Assembly: GCA_976226885.1 (NCBI GenBank)
Contig: OZ320316.1
Location: forward strand, 58,032,001-58,096,000
DNA: 64,000 bases
Source of the DNA: Iphione sp. A-MEVVRFRX5
Taxonomy: Eukaryota
Direction: 5' to 3'
Below, piece after piece: positions 24,141 through 37,979 of the stretch. The first letter of the stretch is position 1; each line of letters opens with the position of its first letter. The notes under the pieces are model-generated. The model ran no database searches. It was given only the letters and a program-made list of their open reading frames with translations, and was not told the DNA's origin. Position numbers and translations under genes: made by a program.

Positions 24141-24505
24141 CTGTCAGGGAGAAATACAGACAGTTGTTAGACGATATTGGTTCAGGCATCTGGCGTCCGT
24201 CCGGCACCGAAGGCAGCTTTATATATCTACCAGTTATGGGCGTTTGCTTTTCAGCCAACGACAAAAGACATCAAAGGTACAGATATTGACAACCTCCACG
24301 GTAAACAAAACATGTTCCCATCGGTGTTATTATTTCAATTCTTACTGCCAGCCGTAAATGTTCGCATGGGGATTTGCATTTTCTTTATTTCTACCTCCGA
24401 ATGACGTAAATATTATTACAAAGCCGAAATCTGTAGAAACCTTATATGTACACAAGCCTAATACTACTGATTCAATAGATATTTTTGTGGAAAACAGGGC
24501 CTCAC

Positions 24506-24687
24506 CTGGTTAAGGATTCGAGAGGTTAGTATCCTGGAGGTGGAAAGGACAATGTTTGGCACGTCTGTGTCTCGCAGTGTCAGTAACGATTCCCTCAGCT
24601 CTTCGTCACTGCCATTCTGGTTGGCAACCTTCCACGAACGAATCCGCATTGTGTTGAAGAGTACCATCTGTTCGATCAAATGGGTTC
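24506..24687 (-). CDS. iGluR exon 4 (ATD lower lobe)
   Basis: Encodes GTHLIEQMV...ELRESLLTLRDTDVPNIVLSTSRILTSRILNQ. Acceptor ccatctcgacag, donor CAG|GTGAGG. Confidence 0.88.
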
Positions 24688-25017
24688 CTGTCGAGATGGA
24701 AACAAAAGAATAGTGATGACAGAGTGCGCTTAGACGCGGGCAAGGTGTCCTTGACGATGAATTTCAATGAACCTCTTCTAAAGGAACATGTCTTCCCATC
24801 GCACACTTAAGTTGTATATTCAATTACCTTATGAAGGAATCTAAATACATAAATTTGTCTTAAAATATAAAAAGCATACAAGTAAACGTCTAATTGAAAG
24901 CTTGAATATGAATGACTGTACATCGCAACCCGTTAATAGATTCGGAGCATAACGTACGGTGTACTGTTTTACTGGAAATAGTGGTAGATGATATATCATC
25001 AAGACTGAATTATGCGA

Positions 25018-25060
25018 CCCGCGCCTTGCCGAATGGTTAGGAGCACAACTCTTAGATCAA
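25018..25060 (+). mobile_element. Possible truncated tRNA-derived SINE head
   Basis: A-box-like TTGCCGAATGGTTAGG. No B box and no cloverleaf. Confidence 0.2.
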
Positions 25061-28000
25061 TACAAGTCCTGTATGTATATTTATTAAGTGTAATTTAGAA
25101 TAGGCTGTAGTATCGTGGTTGCCCGTCTTGACATATGTAAGCCTCTGTACAACACCCACGTATAATTGTATTTTCATCCCCAACATCGATAATAGAATTT
25201 ACCTTACGCGGTATTGAAGTAGCTTAGCAGATTATTCAATTTTCGACTCGGGATTCTAAAGATGATATACAGGCAACGGAAACAGGGTCTTTTAAACAAC
25301 GGTGTTGTTTCATTCCATTCATGAGTACGTCCTTCAAAAAATGTCCATTAATTCCAAAATTGACGGTGTATTAGTCTTTGTGTGAAAGTCAGGAGATAAG
25401 TGTGCTTTCTAAATCATATGCTTTGCGTCCATCGAAGGAAGTTATGTGTTTTCTTCTGGTCGAACATATGTTCATTCCAGCAAAGCCCCCCATGAACTAA
25501 CATTTGCAGTAACATATAAATGTAAGTGCATGTATATCCCATATTCTTTCATCTAGTGTACATTTGAAAGTACTCTTATACATCAGAAAATAAATCCTAC
25601 GTTATGAAATTGTCTTGAATTTCAATAGGTGTGCAAACATTGTTATTACGTTTCGAAATGTCGCCTGGCCAAACAGGTCGCGAGACCACATGCTCTTTGG
25701 AATGTGGCCTCATTGAATCATGGTAATAGGAACAACCACAGGCACACTTGCAGACAAGGATATAGAATTTCAGATCAGATGAGGATGAGACCGTAGTATT
25801 CTTCGCGGTGCCTTTTGCTATGGTAGAGTGTATCTTATGTTAATTTGTCCAAAATAAATCGGTAATATTTCTACGGTTGAAGGGAATCACATCAGCATAG
25901 ATATAGTACATCCCTTAAAGTATGTCGTAGATACGATTGATAGAATTGATTAAAGTAGATCAATAGGGTGGCCTGGTATACAGGTCAAATGCATCTTCTA
26001 GTCGCCGTGTTTCAAAAATACAGTAAATCTAAAGCTGGACAAGAAGAGTTTCCCGGAGAACTTTAATAGGCCGCCTTTAAGGAAGCGTGACGATGGAACT
26101 AAGATTCGAAGAATTCAGTCACAGGACTTTGGTATTTAGATATTACCTGCTGGGAAGTCATATGTCTTGAAGTTATCTGTCCTCCATTCTCAGTGTTAAT
26201 TATGCGTTGAAAAGTGGAGAGAGCACATCAAAGCTTTGCGTGACAACCCGTTTCATCAATGGACGCGAGCATAAGATATTAGCCCGTAATCATAAGTCTA
26301 AATGCAATATATGTCAGGCAGGCAAGCAATCTCCAGTTTCATTCATTATTAGACGTGGCCGAGAATTCGATATAGGAGGCATATTGCCTGCAGTTGAAGC
26401 ATCTGTAACGCGAAACTGATTGGTCGTGACCAATACCAACGGCAATGTCGCCGCAGTAGGGCTCACTCAACAGCTAATACAATATTTCCTTGTCGCTTTT
26501 TCCTACTTTCCATTACTGCAATTATCACCAGCTACCCTGGCCATTTTAGAGCTAACGAAATCTAGGTGTGACAAACTTAATTTGAGATCACGCTCGTCTT
26601 TCAGCCGAGCACACCCAAGATGGATGTAATAGATCGCATGCATAAGTATTATCAAATTTCAAGTTTTGGCCCTTTCAAAGGAGAACAGATATATGAAGCC
26701 TCCTCGTATTTCTCTTCACTCCTATGGAACCAGACGTTTCACCTTCTTTGTTGAAGACTCGTCTTTTTCGGGCCATATTCGGTTTTGCCACTGGGCGAAA
26801 ATTGAATATTTTAATCTATTTATTGTGAAAATTGAATACTTGAATTATAAGCCGAAAAATATGACATGATCCTAATTGAATTCAACGAATTATTGACTGG
26901 TAGAACATTTAAGTGGCATTTGGAAAATGTATTGCTACCATTCTCACGTTCATTTTCTGCAGCTTGTGAAGTTAAAATACCGTCATGTACGCCATTACTG
27001 AAATGGAGAGGCGATAAGAGGATCAGAATGAATAAATGGAGATGGATAGGCACCGTTAAATAAGGATGCGCTCATAACTCAGTCCTACAAGATATACAAG
27101 ATATATATGTAAATACAATATATTCAAACTGATTCAGCCATGTCATGAAAAATTTCACATGGTAGTTTAACTAATTCAAAATTGATTTTATTAATATCAT
27201 TTATTAGACCGGCTGGCAAGCCAACCTCCAAGTAAATCTCTATTGCCAAAGAGATAAGCTTGAGCAGCGCAAGCAATCTTGTCAAGATTGAGCTAATCTC
27301 AACACATGTAATCCTGTAAGGTCTGGGTCTCGTAGGCAGCCATGACTGTGAGCAGTTATTGGCGATAGGGTTCGTCCCTGTATTTTATCCTTCCATTAAA
27401 TGACAACGGCAGCACATCTCCGGAGTTGTTCAGTTGAGGACTACGATATTATAGGGAGATTCCCTGGCCATAGTAAGGTCGCCCTTGAATGTGGCCTCTG
27501 TCATTACGTATCTTATGTATATTTCAAATCGCTTCCAAATGATTTTGACGGTCTTGGAAGTGTGATTGTCAGAAGGAGAGGACTTCCGCTCGGGTCTTGC
27601 TGGAACGTTTGTTAAAATGATTGCTTCTTACCCTTCAGAAATGAGTTCATTCCATCATAGGCATTTTCCGATTCGACATCAGACGCTGTCTTTTCGACGG
27701 TTTTAAACCCGCGGAGACCTTGATGCGTTAGGTCGGTGTCTATAACGACTGGGCTAGGAGCAGCTGAACGCCGAGACGATGACGAACTAATTACAAGAAT
27801 TCATTCGAGACATATCATTAAGAATTCCATTAAGACTCCCAGGGGTGCAGTTTGGTGAAACGTGTCATGAGAGCTATCTGAATGTACATGCAGCACCTCC
27901 GTCGCTGTCATTTCTACGAAACCGCATTTTGAGACTTTTTTCCCTCTTTTTTTTCACGGTCGAGCAATGTTGTGTTCCACTCATCAGAAACAACATTCTG

Positions 28001-29059
28001 GGCATGGATACTGTGTCGTCTTTCAGGCTAAAAGCAAGCCTTCCTCTGGCCCACAGCTAGCCTGGCTGGCGCTACCCGCACAAGCTTTGATCAGATACAT
28101 TATTTTCTCCCCTAATGCCAGTGGTGCCTTTATCTGTGAGAAGGCGGTCCATCCCACTGAAGCGAGCAATAGTCCGTGCGCCAGAGCTAGCTTTGGCGAT
28201 GTAGCGAGCGCGCTTAGAGCTTCTCCAGAGGGAATGGCAATGCAATTACCGAGTATCCATCGACGCCTTGACGGCAGCATTAGGTGAATTGCGGATTTTT
28301 AAAACGAGAAACATTCTTGTGTGGCCTTCTCCCTCCCGACCCTTAGGTTCTCATCACTCGTCGTGGAATTAAAGAAGAATAGGGGAAATAAGCGTCAAGA
28401 CTGGGAAAGCAGATGATAGGGCGATTTCTATAATTCATAGAGGCAGGGGAGAAAAAAGTAGAGCTACTTAGTGAGATTGTCACAACAATCATGACCTGCC
28501 AGGAGTGGCTGACGACAGGAGGAACTGGCGTGTAATCCTTTGTTTGATATGGATATATGCAATTATTTCATTTACTGATATACATTCTTCAATCGATAGT
28601 CGTTTTTGTCGGATTGGAATCCTTCATATGCTTCACCTTTCAAAAAAAAACAACCGCACGTTTGCAACTTAAACTGATGCCTATGGTCTTGTTTTTTGTA
28701 AGATAATACCTTAAATACCATAATCTTTCTGGGACAACTAATACGACACACTCTTACGCGCGCCCACCTACGCAGATATAAATTCTGCCGGTGATGCCTC
28801 GTCAGAGTAGCCCCGTCGGTAAAGGATAAAAGCCAGCCATTTGTGTTAAGACCGTCAATAAAGGCAATCATATAGTCCAATTAATTTCTGTCCCGTCACC
28901 ATTTCTGTTGCTTACGCAAAACGTGATATAAGTAATTATCCTATCCTAATAATCTTGGAAGCTGGAACGGATGGCAATAACGCGGAGTTGAATATATGCT
29001 TACGGCGATGTGTATTTTATTTCTGTCATATCATATTTCAAGTGTCAAACAGCCACTAA

Positions 29060-29424
29060 GGGCCTATATACATGTATCCATATTCACCTGTTCCACATCT
29101 GCACATGGGTGTGGATTTCATTCCATCCCTGTTGTCCCATTGCACATGGGTGTGGATTTCAGTTCAGCCCTGTTCTCCCATTGCACTTATTTAGATGTGT
29201 GCGGATTTTTCCGTGTCTGCACGCCGGTGCAGATGTCAAACCACCCAGAATGGATTTTGTCCACACCTGCATATGGATTCCATAGGAAGCAATGGTAAAT
29301 AACAAAAGGTTAACATATGTTAGCATTTAACTAATGTTAGCAATTAATTAATGATCTCTGCCGGGGGTTTCTCTGGGTCTGCACGTGGATGTGGATTTTC
29401 GTATGGATACATGTGAATTGCCCC
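29060..29424. mobile_element. PIF/Harbinger-like MITE
   Basis: Ends are TAA|GGGCCTATATACATGTATCCATA and TATGGATACATGTGAATTGCCCC|TTA, an imperfect TIR of about 25 bp with TWA flanks. It has an internal 41-bp tandem (tgcacatgggtgtggatttca) x2. Confidence 0.7.
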
Positions 29425-30960
29425 TTATGAATAGTCGCTACAAATTATTGTACTTCTCAGAAGTTGTTCATATGATGCTAGTTAAACCTAAGGCATCAGT
29501 TGTTTGAAAATTATGAATTTTTCTTATCAGGATTTGGGAAACTGTTTTCTATGTATGAACCCAGCAGTACCCAAATTAAGCAGTAAACTTCGATAGGCGC
29601 GTGCTTATCAAACAAGATCATCCATAAGGCTGACCTTAAAAGATACAAAGGTAATGCACGTTAAGAATGCGACTATGTAGCCAAGCGTTTCATTATCGAT
29701 GTGGACAGTTTCGGTATCATGTATACATGAGCAGGACACGCAGTATCCTTTCATGGATTTGGCAATCGAGTGGTTTCTCTTAAATGCCATTTCAGGATTT
29801 TAGGTGGGATAGGTTGTTAAAATGTTCTGTTCTTTCAGAAGAATTGACATACAAAGTTAATACAAGCATACCTACAACTTTGAGCCAGTTTTTTTTCTAC
29901 TAAGTGTGTATATATGTATATATAAATTTTCATTTATCTCTCAGAATAGCCTATGCATTAAGGCTTTTAGTGTCATCTATATATGTGCACAGCTAGAAGG
30001 CCCTATTGTAATAGATTGAACCACAAGGAGTGGCTAGTTTCAAGCCCTTGCCTAATGAACAGCACCCTGTATCTGGTATTAGCAAGAAAGTGAATAGCTA
30101 AACGGTCTTTTTACAAGACATGAAAAGCTGAATGTATTAAGAGAATCATTTCATGTGTAAAACTATATAATATATGTTTTAGAACAAAACATGCTTCACT
30201 TAAATAATTTATGTTTCAAATTTGGAGCAACCATTCATCCCACATACGTAGTGAAAACTTATACGTAACTTTACCCTGTAATAAAAAATCTCATTTTTGA
30301 AGTGGACCTATTTAACAAAGAGTAGCAAGTATTGTAAAGCTGTACGACTCAAGCTTGCCTGACATAAACTTTCACGCCATAAATGTCAACAGAAAAACAA
30401 TTGAACTGTCATTTCCTAGCTCTTTGCCATACTTACTGAGAACATAAAATGGAAATGGCTATATTTTAGATGAAAACAGACAGATATACTTAACTAAAGG
30501 TGTACCTATCCGTTGCCGAAGTCAACATTAACCTGTGCTTGATATAGTTAAGTGGTTAACGTGTTCGTGTATTCAAATTACCTACTGTTGGGGTACCTAG
30601 GAGATAGAAGCGGTGCAGCATTTCCATTAAGTCCTGCATAAATTTCCATTAAATGTACATCAAGCTCGCAAAGCACATACTTAAAACGACATAAGAACTG
30701 CTGCTGGAACGTATCCCTACCGTATTAAATATTGCATGCCTTCAGTTCGAAACAGTGGAATGTCCCGTTTTGGATCATCCATCAAGTGAAAGTATCGAAC
30801 AAGCGATATCAGGTGTTAAACGACACACGTCCCGAAATCGATACCACATTATTACAGTTATTACTGACCGCTAAGTGGCACTATTAGGCGATACTTAAAG
30901 GTTCATTTAACTGATCGTGCCAGGGTAATGAGCTACTCTGAACCGCTCCAAGTTGCTCAC

Positions 30961-31206
30961 CTTCAGCGCTGTCATAGATGACGGCCACTGTGTCCCACTT
31001 GTAGCGCTTGGCCACTTCAGTGGCGATGAATACAATATCCATTGGATCTGGCGCGATGGAGATCATGTTGTAGGGTCGATACTGGTGGTGTTCAAGCGGC
31101 GAAGTCACGAAGTAAGGGATACCGAACTTCTCTGTGGCTGTTGCCAAAGGAACGACGTATGGGCCTATCATTGCGGAGATATTAGTTGTTCCAATTTCCA
31201 TGTAGG
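30961..31206 (-). CDS. iGluR exon 3 (ATD)
   Basis: Encodes AMIGP, FGIPYF, ISIAPD and KRYKWDTVAVIYDSAEG, all typical iGluR ATD motifs. Acceptor ttcaccccag, donor G|GTGAGC. Confidence 0.93.
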
Positions 31207-34200
31207 CTGGGGTGAATATAAAAAATGCGAATGTGTGAAAAAATGTCAAGATGTTTTCATCATACGGCATTTTCTTCCAGTCATTACATATAAAATATGA
31301 AGGTGTAAGTAAGGCGCAATAGCAATGCTTCTCTCAAGTTGCAAGCTGTATATATATGTACATAAACAACACAAACTAGACATACTCTCACAAGATTAAA
31401 GCTGCAGTATGGCATAGTCATCAAACTGAGACAAATGATAAAATGAGGAAAATATTTTTATGGGCACGTAACTCTGCTGGTATTACTGCACGTCTCTCCC
31501 GCAAAGTTGGTTATAAAACTAGAACTCATACATCATCGGCTTTCAATTTGTTCTTTCAATTGTCCCCCATATCTATTAACGCACGAATGTCAGATAATAA
31601 TCGTTTGCGGGGATACGGGCGGATAGTAAAGCTTGCCAGCCGTCCGTTTGATCATCAGCGACAATGCTCGCCTTTCCGCGGCGCTTGCCCGGTTGCAATG
31701 GAGCTGCAGCGTGGCCACAATAAGTAGTGGCCCCAGGACAGCTTTATGGATAGGCTAATACGGTCTGTTACCGGCACTGGGAACTGAATACATGTGTACA
31801 TGCAATATGTAGAATGATGTGTGCGCGCGCTGTGGCGCCGACATATTGCTCGACATGAAGCAAGGTAGATTTACTGTGCCATACGAGGTGAAGACGACGG
31901 TGCCATTGGATCCAGGGATGGTGTGCGAAGTACATGTATCTGCTATCTAGGTCACGCCCTAAACCAAGCCATCTGTCACTCGCCGATTTATGCTCAAAAC
32001 TTACGGCATACACGTGCCTCGTGAATGATTTAGAGCGCACCTCCATCCGCTCAATAGACATATTGTAGACAGAAAAAGTCTAAAGGCAACGACTGCGAAT
32101 GGCGTGTGATTAATCGGTCCCTCGCTGTGCTTTATTTACATCCAGTGAAATGGATTTCGACCTGTGTGACGGGTCTCCTGCCGCTGGCGCCACGAGCAGC
32201 GCCCATTTTCGTCAGACACTATCGCAGGCTTTCCTTGTCCCCCCGTCGAATGGCGGCGATAAATTGTCGCAGGTGGTTTCAAAATCTGGAGGAGTGCGTT
32301 CTTTATGGGAGTTGTGCCGACCAGCCAGATGTCTAATCCGCTGATGTATGTCGCACGCACGATGGTAAGCACTAGCCCGCCCCTCACCGCTAGCTGCTCT
32401 AGACATATGTGACGTGGCATGAAGCCACCAGGCGGCAACCTAAATCATCGCCCCCTGCGACTGATCGCCAATATCTGCACTAGGCACAGGCCACCGGAAG
32501 TGGTCGCCGTCGTGCGCCAAACGTCACGCGCACTGAGCTTGGCGCTCGTCGATCGTAGCGCCCTCCCGACCCCCAACCGATAACTTTGATTTATAGAGCG
32601 ACGTCTCGGAAGACTGCGCGGACATCTGTTTACGAAACTAAATCTCAGTAAACATTTCCGTTCAAACAAAGCACGTTGATGGTGTCACTGCTACACCTTG
32701 CTATACCTTGTCAAGCACAGTAGACTGGCTGCTTTGCTTCCTCCGATACTCAACCCCTGACACAATTACCTTCTTCCTCTGTCCCTGATTTACAACCTAG
32801 CTCGGTTGGCCCGGTACACCTAAGCCAAGCGAACCACCTTAAACGATGCAGCGCTTTATTTATCGTGCAATTTTAGTGACACTTTTCCTCAGCCTTTTTC
32901 TTATTGAATGTTGACCGAAGGGATATCTTAGATATACCCAAATCCTTTCCTTCTCTCCATCAGGTATGCCGAGGAAACAATGGTGAATTTCTAGAAAACG
33001 ACGTGAGTGTATACAAAAAAAGGTTGGCATGTAGGCTGATTATAATCCCTAGTGTATATATGGCGCATCTGCACGTGGATCTCCCGGCGTGGCAGGAGGT
33101 TGGAAGGGCTGCGTCGGGATACGAAGTCAATATGGCGGTTCGTTTTTCTCTCCACACAAGGGCTCCGCGTGCTGGGTACACGAACAAAAGCCGGGGTGTT
33201 GGCCACATCGTCGGCAGCCACACAAGAGCTGCTGGAAACCGATGCCCGCCAGGTCTGAGAGAGTGGCGACAGTGCATAACCATGTCAGAGCTTTACCGCC
33301 ACGCCATAGGGTGAGGGTGGGGATGGGTGTCGGGGAGTACGGCACTACTGGAGACCTAGTCGATAGCGGAATGTGTTGGTCTGCATAACGCTTGCTAGCT
33401 TGTATAAGAAAATCAAGACACCTGTCGCACTTTTGTTGCATGTCAATTTTAATGTTACAGTCTGCTAAGCGTTATAATCTGCTTTCTACATTAGTTCAAA
33501 GTCTAAACGATCTATCTTGCTCAACACAGGGAATTTTTGTTTCAAGCCAAGGCTGACAATAAGAAATGTTACATCTGTAATACGACTTCGTTCTTCCATT
33601 AGTGCTGCTTCTGACATTTGCAGCTGTGCAACGGCAGTGCAACGAACAACGAGGCTCAATAAATCCCTCCATAAAGGGTCCATTCTCTCTGTGGGCGGAC
33701 AATGATGAGCATCAATGTGGAAGGAACCAGAATGAAGGAATTTCATGTATTTCATAACGGTCAGGGAAATAGCTATCGGCAGGAATAAATGGACATTATA
33801 GCACGGTTATTGCTGTGAATTTTTTTAGAACCGTAGCCATCTAATGTCTCATTAGAATATACCCCCCAGACCAGCGCCCATTGCTATTCAGGTTTGTACT
33901 CGCATTGTCCAAAAGGAATCAATACTAATGATATTACTTATTTCCAAACTCTGAATGATATATAACTCTGTTTTAAGAGGTGGCGGGTAAAATATCTTCC
34001 TTATATAGGTCATTACATCTGTAGATTTAAACACAGTCCAGGCGATTTTTCCAAGTAAGCAAGGATTTTTCCGAAATGGTTCCTTTAAATCACCTCTGTG
34101 AGAAACTACTCCAACGAGAATGACCCTTGCCTACAGAAGATTAGTTTAGAGCCCCAGGAGATTAGACTGATTGACAGGTGTGTGCTATTGCGTCGGCATC

Positions 34201-36200
34201 CAGGGCTGGTCAGTTTGTCTCTTCGATGTTTCCCTGAGCTTGAGGACGCCCTTCTTATTATGGCCTACTGCTGAGTCGGCTGGTCCCCAATGGGTCGTCA
34301 GGCGTCCGTATGTTTGAGACGCTTCGCTTCCTCTCGTACTTCTATGTGAACTGGTGCCCAGCACCTAATATACTAACGGCCTGGGCACGCCCACAGTGGC
34401 CCGGAGTTCCCACAGTCCACCCACTCGGTGACCACTCAAATCTTCCCTGCATGCCTGCCCTTCCTGGTCCCCTTCACGCCCGGAATGCCAAGTATGCCAT
34501 TTTGCGGTTGCTGGGATTAACGGGATATATCCGACCCGGGTGTACGTGAGCTAAAGGCACAGTGCCAACCACGGCTGGGTGCTCGTGTCGAGCGCCGCGC
34601 GCCGACACCCTACTCAGTGAGCTCCTCGCCATGTTTCGTGAGGAGCTCGAGGTGTCTGCCAGGATGCTGCCATTTTGCTGCCTAGTCCAAGGCCTACCGG
34701 GATCTGTGTTAGTCATCCTGGGGTGACCGTCACCGCGCAGCCCGCCGGTGGTATTCACGCCAGGATGACCAATAAACAGGAAGAAAGACGAGGGGGCTTT
34801 GGGTGGAGCACTTGGCGGCCGCCTTCGCTGTCGCTTCCGGCGCCTCACAAGCGCGGCGTCGATGGCTTATTTTCCTTCAGCCGCTCGACGGCTCGAAACG
34901 CCACTATATTATCAGTCACAAGCAGTCCCGAAAGGACGGCGGATCTCCGACCTGCCGCCAAAAGTCTGCACACGGTACGTCTAATCAGGGGCGTTATGGG
35001 GGAGGGGGTTATGGTCCGAGCTGCCTCAAATAATAAAACGTCGACGTAGTCGGGGGCACCAGACACCAATGTCATATGGGGGTAATATTTCTGACTTGAT
35101 GTGGAAGCTTATACCTGACCTTGGCTTTCTAGACGCCAAACAAGCTGTGACACAGACGACGATAAACAGGGCGTTTATGGGGGAACTAATCAGACTGGTG
35201 GCGATACAGCTTTAAGACCAATAATAGCGCTGCAGGTGGGAAAGACTAGCCGTTGTGGCGACGAGCCTTTGAAGTCTAGGCGACGCGTGGCTAATGCCTC
35301 ACCCGATTGTCGCGCCTCTCTATGAGAGGCCCCTCATAGGCAACCACCTTCTTTTCCCTTGGCAAAAGCATTCCCCCCAACACCACCCGAACCGCCACCC
35401 AATTCTCACAGCAAAGTGAGGAGGGTGGATAATAAGTATCGATCCCTACGTCGGCACACAGGCGCCCGTGTAGGGGGTTAGCCTGTGAGTGGTGAAGGGA
35501 GTGAGGGGCCGAGCTAAACAAACGCCCCGTCGAATGGGCGCCGGGAGGCGGCAGAGCGGCGCCTTGTATGTCAGCAGGGACCGGCAGTCAGCGGCGGGAT
35601 CGCAGTCACCGACCAGCGGTCCCTGTCTCCGGGTGCCGGTCGTCGCCCAGCGTGATTTAAGGGGCCACTGACGAGTCACAGGGCATTTTGGTGCATAGAC
35701 GATATTGCACTGACAGCAGGGTGACGGCCAGGCCAAGGGTCAGGCTTCAAGCGTTTGCGGAGGGCGATGCGATCCACTGGCAAGCTTATAAAAATAGGAG
35801 GACAACCAATTCTATAACATGGCTCTTTCCTCGAGACGTGATCAAAGAGTGTTTATATAAAGAAGCCAAAATGAAGTCTTTAGTATTAAGGGTTGGTCAT
35901 CATTATTTGTGGCAAAGCATTTTTTTCTATCTCAAGTGATGAGTGTATATGCACTGTTATCATACGTCGAAATCAGAGGATGGAATGCCATGGGCAGTAA
36001 CCTTCTGAATAATCAATTCTGAATCATGTAGATAAGATTACAGACGATCAAAGCAGAATACGAATACACCACATCTATGCAGCCCTGACATATTCGGCTG
36101 AGCACCATTTGATAGATAACTGTAGACACAGGCCGGGAGTACCACTTTCTTATTTTCAGTAGGGGTATGTACATGTAAACATAAAACGGACCAGGAAAGA

Positions 36201-36224
36201 GTGTGTGTGTGTGTGTGTGTGTGT
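36201..36224. repeat. (GT)12 microsatellite
   Basis: Seen directly in the sequence. Confidence 0.95.
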
Positions 36225-36499
36225 CCACGCGCGACGGGACTGGAATTGTGGTGTTATATGCATTATTTTGAGTGCAATGGTAAGTAACCCGTGGAGAAAG
36301 GGAGGCAAGCAAGGTTGATTTGAAAGTATTCAACCAAAGAAGATAGGGGGAATCAGTGTATTTTCGTGGAGGTAAAAAAAAGTTAAGGCGGACAGAAGCA
36401 GATAGAAAGGATAGCCAGGGCGCGTGGTCTTATCAATAAAACAACCATGCTAGCAGCTTAAAAATTAATATTTTCTAAGCAACTTGCTATCTTGATAAC

Positions 36500-37380
36500 C
36501 CCGCCTCTCGTCACCAATCTACACCTGTTCTACATTCCATCCACAGCATTCCCCCTCTTTTGAAATCTTTCCTGTATCTATCCATTCACCTAATCATCTA
36601 ATTTCCACCATAGCTACAGTCATCAATCCGTAACCTCCCTTATTCATCTACGTGTGACACAGCCTAACTCTCCCTGCTTCCGAATCGTTCATATCCCTAT
36701 CTATTCACCTGACGTTTCTCACCCAAATCAATCTGCCTTAACGTCCCCTATAACCACTAACCTGGAACTTTACCTGCCTAAAACCATCCACACTAACCTG
36801 GGCTACACCAATCAGTCAGCATTAACCTTCCCTAAATCTTTCCCGCTAACTTATCCCTTGGTACCTACCTCCGTCCATATTAAGCTTCCATAGAACCAAT
36901 GCCATCTAACCTTCCCTACTCCCTATCTATCCAGTCTAATCTGTCCTACCTCATAATTCTCCTCACCTGCATCACTTAACATTCCCTACCGCCATCCATC
37001 TGATCCAGCTTTCTTCACACTCTCTTGATCCATCCGCCCTGAACGTCCCTTTATTTACAACAATGCAAGGGCTCCTCCCTACATTCATCTATACGGTGAC
37101 CTGTCGCACGTTCATTTAATTAACCTGTCGTTCTCTACCTCCTTCTTTCATAAACATAACTGAATCTTTCCAGGTTTATCCATCTAGCCGGTTTATCTAT
37201 ATACTCGGCCTGTCACTACTATCCACTTCAACTTTCACCACTCGTTGACCTAGGTAAGTTTCACAAATGATACATGATTTACCTCTGTTCAAATTGATTA
37301 TCCCTCGACCAACAGTTCCTATCCTAACCCTCCATCTTGGATCTCGGCAAAACTTCCATTGATCTACCTTAATCTTTGCC
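36500..37380. repeat. C-rich, G-poor low-complexity or ancient satellite tract
   Basis: Recurrent taacc(t)tccc, atctatcc and cacct motifs, with a strong C over G skew on the plus strand. Confidence 0.6.
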
Positions 37381-37811
37381 ACCAGTTACTAGGCTAGAAT
37401 TTAGGAGTGCGTGTTTCTACTTATGTCCCCTTTCTGTGAACAAAAAGCACAGACAAAAGAATCTTCACTGTTATAACAGATTTGAAAACCATACGTTAAA
37501 ATAAGTTACGCTGTGTGTATATATGTATATAACACATACATTAAAAGTTAAATGCCTGCTATTTCATGTAAAATCATTGATAGAATCTGAAATGACACAC
37601 ATAAAGATGTACATAACATGCAAAATTTACCACTTAACGTCAAATAAACAGATAAACAGGCGCGAGAGGAAATGACATGTATGAACGCCTGTCACCAAAT
37701 AATAGATCAACATTGAAAAAAAATCAAACAAACTAAGGTACAGCTAGTCACATAAACTCATCGAACTGAAATAGGATGTGAAGGATATTGGTATATGGAT
37801 TGGGTACCAAC

Positions 37812-37979
37812 CTTCAATAAGCATATCCATTGTGAATTCGGTGCGACTGCGGACATTGATGAATTGCATGTCGACATCAGCGATGTTCTTACTTGACTTG
37901 AGCTGATGCCAAGCCGACATAACCAGGTTTTTCCATCCGTCGCCACTGTGAGCATGACTCGCTTCGTTGCTTATGACTC
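37812..37979 (-). CDS. iGluR exon 2 (ATD start)
   Basis: Acceptor ttttcaacag|GA and donor G|GTTGGT, phase 1-1. Encodes GVISNE...EFTMDMLIE, joining KIKAG-VIS (cf. IGAIF strand) to A-YMEIGTTNISAMIGP. Confidence 0.75.

Noticed and set aside
34924-34960. GTCCCGAAAGGAC hairpin like hammerhead stem II
   Set aside because: There is no upstream CUGANGA and no following GAAA.
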